A stretch of DNA of 63,800 nucleotides from Thermoplasmatota archaeon. GTDB taxonomy: Archaea > Thermoplasmatota > E2 > DHVEG-1. Below, one piece after another: positions 57,922 through 63,800 of the stretch (position 1 is the stretch's first letter; every line of letters begins with the position of its first letter). The position numbers and the translations under genes are program-made. The stretch is taken from assembly GCA_016932245.1 (NCBI GenBank), contig JAFGDG010000086.1, positions 1 to 63,800 on the forward strand, given 5' to 3'. Under the pieces are notes generated by a model. It had not been told where the DNA came from, did not search any database, and saw only the letters and a list, made by a program, of their open reading frames with translations.

Positions 57922-58833
57922 ATGGAAAAGAAGCTGCTTGTCGAAGATCATATTCGGAGAAATAAGCGGTTAACTGTAGTTATCTGTACGTTTATGGCAC
58001 TCCTTTTCTTTGGTATAGTCTTTGCAGTCGGCTACATCCTTTTTTCCGGTAATTTGTTTATTGCTCTTGCTTTTGGTGTTCCTATCGCTATTGGTTATGT
58101 GGCTGTTACGTATTCAATTTCAGTACCAACCGTTCTTGCGGCAGCTAAAGCACGTCCTGCAAATCCAAACAACAGAGAAGAAAAACTTTTGATTAACAGG
58201 GTTGAAGAAATAAGCATTGCTGCAGGCCTTCCTATGCCCAAGGTGTATGTTCAAGATTCTGAGTATATTAACGCCTTTGCCACGGGTAAAAAACCCCAAG
58301 ATGCAGTTGTTTGTGTAACTACTGGTGCATTACACAAACTCAATCAAGAGGAATTAGAGGGCGTTATTGCGCATGAAATGAGTCACATTAAAAACAACGA
58401 CATTCTCATTGCAACGGTTACCATTGCCGTTGTGGGTGCTATTGCATTGATTTCTGAAATTGTCTTTTGGTCTCTTTTTTGGGGAGGTGCGGGGAGAAGT
58501 AGAGGAAGAAACGACGGCAGTGCAATCATTTTAGTTATTGCTATTTTATTTGCCATTCTCGCTCCCTTATTTTCAAGACTTACCTATCTTGCCATATCTC
58601 GAAAGCGGGAATATCTTGCCGATTCTAGTGGCGCGTATTTATCCAGGAATCCTGAAGGTCTTGCTAAGGCACTAGAGAAAATCAAAGCCGACCATCCAAA
58701 GGAAAAGCCAAAAGGATCGAAAACGGTTGCACCACTATACATCTCAAATCCCTTTAAGAGCCAGTCTGTCGGTTCTCTTTGGTCAACACATCCGCCAGTT
58801 GACGAACGAATCAAACGCCTTCGGTCTATGTAG
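57922..58833 (+). CDS. htpX: HtpX-like M48 zinc protease
   Basis: NAFATG, HEMSH, SRKREYLAD, STHPP..ERI. Confidence 0.93.
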   Translation: MEKKLLVEDHIRRNKRLTVVICTFMALLFFGIVFAVGYILFSGNLFIALAFGVPIAIGYVAVTYSISVPTVLAAAKARPANPNNREEKLLINRVEEISIAAGLPMPKVYVQDSEYINAFATGKKPQDAVVCVTTGALHKLNQEELEGVIAHEMSHIKNNDILIATVTIAVVGAIALISEIVFWSLFWGGAGRSRGRNDGSAIILVIAILFAILAPLFSRLTYLAISRKREYLADSSGAYLSRNPEGLAKALEKIKADHPKEKPKGSKTVAPLYISNPFKSQSVGSLWSTHPPVDERIKRLRSM

Positions 58834-59332
58834 ACCCACGTTTCATTATTGTGTCAACAAATTTATCGATATATTGCTCACCACTGATTATTTCTTCTTT
58901 CTTCATCTGTAGATTCAATGTGTAATTTACTGGTTTTAATCCAATCGATTCAAGGTAATCTTTTAACAACTCACTGTTCTTTACGTTGTCTTCGCCAGGC
59001 CCACCTCCGGTAATAAACACTCCTGCTGTTTTTCCTTCAAATGCATTTGTCTTCGTAAAAAAGGATCGAATATATGGCGAAGGTTTTCCTGCCCACGTGG
59101 GTGATCCAACCAGCACGACATCATAGTCTCTGAGAGCAACATCTGTATTTTTGATGGGGAGCTCTTCTTGTTTCATCGCTGCTCTTCCCGCTCTAAAAAA
59201 TCCAGGTCTTTTTAGGTGTTGAATTTCGATGATATCAACCTGCTGCCCATGGTCTTTTAATTTTTGTTCAAGCACCTGTGCAGCATGTTTGGTATTTCCC
59301 GTTCGAGAATAATAGACAATTCCAATTTTTAT
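58826..59332 (-). CDS. Flavodoxin-family protein (apparent ATA start)
   Basis: The FMN loop IKIGIVYYSRTGNT lies upstream of the ORF-track start (59275); also GSPTWAG and FITGGG. Confidence 0.8.
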   Translation of the reverse strand: MKIGIVYYSRTGNTKHAAQVLEQKLKDHGQQVDIIEIQHLKRPGFFRAGRAAMKQEELPIKNTDVALRDYDVVLVGSPTWAGKPSPYIRSFFTKTNAFEGKTAGVFITGGGPGEDNVKNSELLKDYLESIGLKPVNYTLNLQMKKEEIISGEQYIDKFVDTIMKRGST

Positions 59333-59399
59333 AGACCTTTCACCTACTGCTAAACGTAAAATCTATTAAATAACTACTCATAAGCAACAGGGACTTGAA

Positions 59400-60434
59400 A
59401 TGAAAACAATGAAAGTTGCAATGTATTACAATAATAATGATGTGAGAATTGAACAGATGCCCATTCCGACGATTTCTAAAAAGGAGCTTTTAGTCAAGGT
59501 CAAAGCAAGTGGTATTTGTGGTTCAGATGTCATGGAATGGTATCGTATCAAAAAAGCACCGCGAGTTCTCGGTCATGAAATTGCAGGCGATATTGTACAA
59601 GTAGGAAAACACGTTAAAAAATACAAGGTAGGAGACCGTGTCTTTGTTTCCCATCATGTACCCTGTAACACCTGCAGTTTTTGTCAGCAGGACCAGCACA
59701 CCTTATGCGACTTACTACATTCCACCAACTTCTATCCGGGCGGATTTGCAGAATATCTCAAAGTTCCTGAAATCAATGTGGACCGCGGTACTTTTTTCCT
59801 TCCAAAAGAGATGACCTATGAAGAAGGTGTGTTTATTGAGCCGCTTGCCTGCGTAGTGAGGGGGTTAAGGATTGCCCGCATAAGAAGGAAAAAAGGACAG
59901 AGCGTTCTTCTTCTAGGAAGTGGTGTTGCTGGGCTTCTCAACATCAAACTCGCCAAAGCATATGGTGCAAGCAAGATCTTTGCAACTGATATTGATAAAA
60001 ATCGCTTGCGCTATGCACAGAAGATGGGTGCCGATGTTGCTATTGATGCAAAGGAAGATATTGTCCAAAAAGTGAAACAACACAATGAGGGCAACCTTGC
60101 AGATTTGGTCATCCTCTGCGCAGGGGTACCCTCCGCAGTACAACAGGCATTATCCTCAGTTGCAAAAGGGGGAACAACTCTCTTCTTCGCTCCGACCAAA
60201 CCGGGCGTCACCATCCCCTTTCCCTTATTTGACCTGTGGAATAACCAGATTACCATGGTGTCAACCTATGCTGGTGCACCACGGGATATACGGGAGGCAA
60301 TTGAACTCATTAACACAAAAAAAGTGAAAGTGACTGATCTCATCACCCATCGATTGCCTCTTCGTAACGCAGCAGAAGGTTTCAAATTGGCAGCAAAAGC
60401 ACAACATTCTCTTAAAGTAATACTCAAGCCATAA
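59400..60434 (+). CDS. Zinc-dependent medium-chain (polyol/sugar-type) dehydrogenase
   Basis: GICGSD, GHE, CxxCxxCx7C, EPLAC, GSGVAG. Confidence 0.9.
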   Translation: MKTMKVAMYYNNNDVRIEQMPIPTISKKELLVKVKASGICGSDVMEWYRIKKAPRVLGHEIAGDIVQVGKHVKKYKVGDRVFVSHHVPCNTCSFCQQDQHTLCDLLHSTNFYPGGFAEYLKVPEINVDRGTFFLPKEMTYEEGVFIEPLACVVRGLRIARIRRKKGQSVLLLGSGVAGLLNIKLAKAYGASKIFATDIDKNRLRYAQKMGADVAIDAKEDIVQKVKQHNEGNLADLVILCAGVPSAVQQALSSVAKGGTTLFFAPTKPGVTIPFPLFDLWNNQITMVSTYAGAPRDIREAIELINTKKVKVTDLITHRLPLRNAAEGFKLAAKAQHSLKVILKP

Positions 60435-60494
60435 AATAACACAACAGACTTAACTTATTGCGTTCGAATAAAAAAAGAAGGGGGAGAAGAGGTC

Positions 60495-60767
60495 TTATTC
60501 GTTTTTCCCTCTTTCTTCTTGTAGTGTGTACTCGCCTGGTGTTATTTCAGGTTTTTTCTCTGCCATATAATAGAACAGCGCGAAAAACACGATAAGGGCA
60601 AAGACAAACACAATAATGAATAGTATTACTGCAGCAGCAAGAACCCCGGCTACGACGAATCCAAAGAGCAGGAGCAATACGCCACTAAAGAAGAGGTAGA
60701 TAATCCCTACAATGATGACCGCAACAAGAAGCGCCCCGAGTAATGCCGCTACAATGCCTTTTATCAT
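60495..60767 (-). CDS. Small membrane protein
   Basis: Long hydrophobic stretch plus a charged tail; start overlaps the stop of the AIM24 gene. Confidence 0.6.
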   Translation of the reverse strand: MIKGIVAALLGALLVAVIIVGIIYLFFSGVLLLLFGFVVAGVLAAAVILFIIVFVFALIVFFALFYYMAEKKPEITPGEYTLQEERGKNE

Positions 60768-61507
60768 CTCGTGAGCCCTCCGATTAACGCCCCAGTAACG
60801 CTTTGGCTTCCTGAGCTACCGCTCCTTTGAGACATAAAAGGAGATAACGCTGTAGCAAGATTGCCGAGATTCAGTGATTGAAGTATTACCTTTCCAGGTC
60901 CTTTCAGTGTTGTCAAAAAGATACCTTCGCCGCCAAAAAACATGGTCTTAATTCCTTTTACTCTCTGGATATCATAGGTTACTGTGCCATCCCACCCGAC
61001 GACGCTTCCTGTATCAACTTTTAATATCTGTTCCGGTTTGAGATCAAATTCAACAAAATCTCCGCAAGCATGGATCCACACGGTACCCTTCCCTCCTAAT
61101 CTCTCAAGAATAAATCCTTCGCCACCGAAAAACGCTGCACCAAGCTTTTTTTGAAAGGCAACACTCAGTTCAATAGAATTTTCGGCGACCAGAAACGCAT
61201 CTTTTTGCACGATAAATTCCTTTCCACTAGTAATTTCTAAGGGTTTTATGGTCCCTGGCGCGTTTCCTCCAAATGAAACCATTCCCCTTCCACCGGCAGA
61301 AGTAAATTCTGTGAGAAACATAGTCTCCCCAGCAAATTTTCTTCCTATTCCTTTCAGCAATCCCCCCCTCATTTTTGCTTCCATGTTGATATTGCCACTT
61401 TGATATACCATTGATCCTGCTTCAGCAAAAAGTTTTTCCCCAGGATCTATTTGAATGGTAACCAACTGCAAATTGTCTCCCGATATCTTATATTCCACAT
61501 GAATCAC
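60764..61507 (-). CDS. TIGR00266/AIM24 family protein
   Basis: AEAGSM, GETMF, QKDAFL, FGGEG (twice), GPGKVILQS. Confidence 0.92.
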   Translation of the reverse strand: MIHVEYKISGDNLQLVTIQIDPGEKLFAEAGSMVYQSGNINMEAKMRGGLLKGIGRKFAGETMFLTEFTSAGGRGMVSFGGNAPGTIKPLEITSGKEFIVQKDAFLVAENSIELSVAFQKKLGAAFFGGEGFILERLGGKGTVWIHACGDFVEFDLKPEQILKVDTGSVVGWDGTVTYDIQRVKGIKTMFFGGEGIFLTTLKGPGKVILQSLNLGNLATALSPFMSQRSGSSGSQSVTGALIGGLTR

Positions 61508-61618
61508 CTTTGTTTTTCTGTAGATAACTTTGACTATTATTAAAACCTTTTCATAAAAACAGTTCTTTTTTCAGATACCAAAAGGTTATAATATCCTATA
61601 CCTTAGTATCGTCACTAC

Positions 61619-62506
61619 ATGAAAGTTCTTAAGGCCATCTGGGAACTGATGCGTCTTGAGCATGGCGTCATGATTGCGATTGCTATTCTCATCGGATCCA
61701 TTATTGCACTTGAAGGAGAAGGATTTCCCGCACTTGATAAATTTATATTGACTTTTTTCACGGCACTCTTTTTAGAGGCAAGTACGTTTGCACTGAATGA
61801 TTACTTTGATATCGATATTGACAAAAAAAATAACCGAACTGACCGGCCACTGGTACGAGGCGACCTTCAACCAAACACGGCGTTGTATCTTTTTGCAATA
61901 TTCTTCCCGTTAGGTATTCTCTGTTCGTATTTTGTCAATCTTACGTGCTTTTTCATTGCTTTAGTCACTGCGTTTTTGGCCGTTCTTTATGATGCAAAAC
62001 TGAAGAAAATCAAACTCTTGGGTAATTTTTACATTGCCTATGTCATGGCCATTCCATTTATTTTTGGTGGTGCTGCCGTTCTCGGGACGTCCGGAATTAA
62101 CTTTTCTCTTCACCCCGCCATACTGATTGTTGCGCTCATCGCTTTTCTTGCTGGTTCCGGTAGAGAAATTATGAAAGACGTTATGGATTTTACAGGAGAC
62201 AGGGAACAAGGAGTAAAATCATTTCCTAAGTATATCGGTATCCGAGCATCCAATGTTCTTGCCGCATTCTTCTATCTAATCGCAATTGCGCTGAGTTTCG
62301 TTCCCTTTTTTATAGAAAACTATAATATATATTATCTCAATTATTATTACTTAGTACCGATATTACTCACGGATACCATGCTGCTGAGTACATCACTGCA
62401 ACTCATCTTTAAAAAGGATGTTCATATGAAACTCTATAGAAAATTTACCCTCCTTGCCCTCTTTATCGGCCTTATTGGCTTTTTACTTGGGGCGTTTATG
62501 CAGTAG
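61619..62506 (+). CDS. Digeranylgeranylglyceryl phosphate synthase (UbiA family)
   Basis: NDYFDIDIDKKN..DRPL, Y..KLK...GN, REIMKDVMD..GD. Confidence 0.85.
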   Translation: MKVLKAIWELMRLEHGVMIAIAILIGSIIALEGEGFPALDKFILTFFTALFLEASTFALNDYFDIDIDKKNNRTDRPLVRGDLQPNTALYLFAIFFPLGILCSYFVNLTCFFIALVTAFLAVLYDAKLKKIKLLGNFYIAYVMAIPFIFGGAAVLGTSGINFSLHPAILIVALIAFLAGSGREIMKDVMDFTGDREQGVKSFPKYIGIRASNVLAAFFYLIAIALSFVPFFIENYNIYYLNYYYLVPILLTDTMLLSTSLQLIFKKDVHMKLYRKFTLLALFIGLIGFLLGAFMQ

Positions 62507-62527
62507 TCTTCTGAGGGGGAGGTCTTG

Positions 62528-63190
62528 ATGATACCGCGCGATGTTTCTGGTGTGCTACTTGTCTATATCTATGTTGCTATCCTGTTGATTATTACGGAAA
62601 AACTACTTGATCGCTACCCAACGGTCAGTAGAAAAATCCTCCATATCATGGTGGGTAATATTGCCTTTATCTTGCCTATTTTTCAAACACGAGAAGTCAT
62701 GGCATTTCTTGCCGCAGGTCCCTTTATTCTTTTTACTTTTTTGATGAGCCCTCATTCACCTATCAAGTCCATTAGAGGAAAGACGTCGGCTGCCGGACAC
62801 GGCATGGGACTTGTCTACTATTCCATTGCGTGGACGGTCTTGGCATACCTTTTCTTCGATCATAAAGAACTTATTGCCATTGGCATTCTTGCCATGTCCT
62901 ATGGAGATGGGTTTGCCTCATTACTTGGTGTCAAATTTGGAAAACGGCATTATAACGTCTGGGGAGATAGTAAAAGCTATCTAGGGTCGTTGGCGATGTT
63001 TGTGTTTACGCTTATCACCATTCTCCTAGCACTCCTTTTTTATGAAATAGAGATACAGGATAAGATACTCATACTTGTATACATCGCGGCAGTGGCTACG
63101 TTTGCAGAAGCTATTTCGCCAAAAGGATTGGACAATATCGCGGTCCCGTTTATCGCTCCTTTAATCTACTGGGCCTTTGTTATAGGTTGA
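62528..63190 (+). CDS. SEC59/DGK1/VTE5-family CTP-dependent lipid-alcohol kinase
   Basis: SRKILHI, GLVYY, GDGFASLLG..FG, KS..GS, EAISPKGLDN. Confidence 0.85.
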   Translation: MIPRDVSGVLLVYIYVAILLIITEKLLDRYPTVSRKILHIMVGNIAFILPIFQTREVMAFLAAGPFILFTFLMSPHSPIKSIRGKTSAAGHGMGLVYYSIAWTVLAYLFFDHKELIAIGILAMSYGDGFASLLGVKFGKRHYNVWGDSKSYLGSLAMFVFTLITILLALLFYEIEIQDKILILVYIAAVATFAEAISPKGLDNIAVPFIAPLIYWAFVIG

Positions 63191-63196
63191 CGGATT

Positions 63197-63772
63197 ATGC
63201 GTCTTATTATCGTTGATGGATTGGATGGCGTTGGAAAAGACACGCATGCGCAATTCATTAAACGTCGGTACGAAGAAAAAGGAGAACGGGTGGTTCTTCG
63301 GTCTCACCCCGAATCAGATAACTTTTTTGGAAGAGCAACCAAAAAGTCATTACTTGGTTCAGGTCCTGTGAATAAAGTAAAGGCAGCTATTTTTTACATG
63401 CTTGATGTGCTACGATCGGTAAGAGCGTATTACAATAAGAAAAATATTGACACCTTAATCATGGTTCGTTATCTTATGGGAACGGCGTATCTTTCTCCCT
63501 TTCTTTCAAAGATAGCCTACCGTTTTTTTGCAGGACTAGTCCCTACTTCTTCATACATGTTTTTTCTTGATGCGTCACCTGAAGAATTACTGGCTCGTGT
63601 GCAACAACGTTCAGAAATTGAAATGTTCGAAACTATTGAGGAACTGACAAAAGTGAGAAAAAAAGCGCTCATGCTTGCCCAAGACTGGAACATCGTTGAT
63701 ACAAACCGGCCCGTTGGGCAAACCGTCATCCATCTCGATAGCCTCTTATCAAAACTTGATAGATGTGCATAG
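63197..63772 (+). CDS. Thymidylate-kinase-like P-loop kinase (divergent)
   Basis: DGLDGVGKDT P-loop; RSHP and VRY replace the canonical TREP and DRY. Confidence 0.7.
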   Translation: MRLIIVDGLDGVGKDTHAQFIKRRYEEKGERVVLRSHPESDNFFGRATKKSLLGSGPVNKVKAAIFYMLDVLRSVRAYYNKKNIDTLIMVRYLMGTAYLSPFLSKIAYRFFAGLVPTSSYMFFLDASPEELLARVQQRSEIEMFETIEELTKVRKKALMLAQDWNIVDTNRPVGQTVIHLDSLLSKLDRCA

Positions 63773-63800
63773 CTTTTCTGCCTAAAACCATCATAATCTA

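Noticed and set aside
1..63800. CRISPR arrays, rRNA, IS transposases, inteins, tRNA introns
   Set aside because: No regularly spaced repeats, rRNA-like tracts or transposase motifs were seen by eye. TopA, XPD and PpsA have normal lengths, and all three tRNAs are uninterrupted.

Overview
This is an archaeal chromosomal segment. Gene content (AglB, GGGPS/DGGGPS/CarS/GGR ether-lipid enzymes, Cbf5, Fen1, XPD, PurP, split GuaAA/GuaAB) and a uL15-secY-adk-DUF106-cmk-cbf5 block lacking eL34/eL14 suggest Thermoplasmata, possibly an uncultured sediment lineage (inference). The window holds about 70 densely packed, mostly housekeeping genes and three intron-less tRNAs (Ser-GGA, Ala-GGC, Gly-CCC). No rRNA, CRISPR array or transposase was seen. 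The first ~1.17 kb is the AT-rich end of a foreign island (DUF3644/HEPN-motif gene plus an unannotated 50-aa ribbon-helix-helix gene) that appears to have removed the 5' end of a TctA-family gene. The main hypotheses are: (1) a new 5'-deoxyadenosine/MTA salvage route using MtnA, a Zn-dehydrogenase and an orphan LsrF thiolase, next to a metal-site-dead class II aldolase; (2) a prenol/archaeol recycling operon (DGGGPS, VTE5/SEC59 kinase, divergent TMK-like kinase); (3) UbiX and a YvoF-like acetyltransferase beside GGGPS; (4) a flavodoxin gene that appears to start at ATA; (5) a pseudo-metalloprotease/PH-domain membrane pair. All family calls come from motif recognition by eye, with no database searches.
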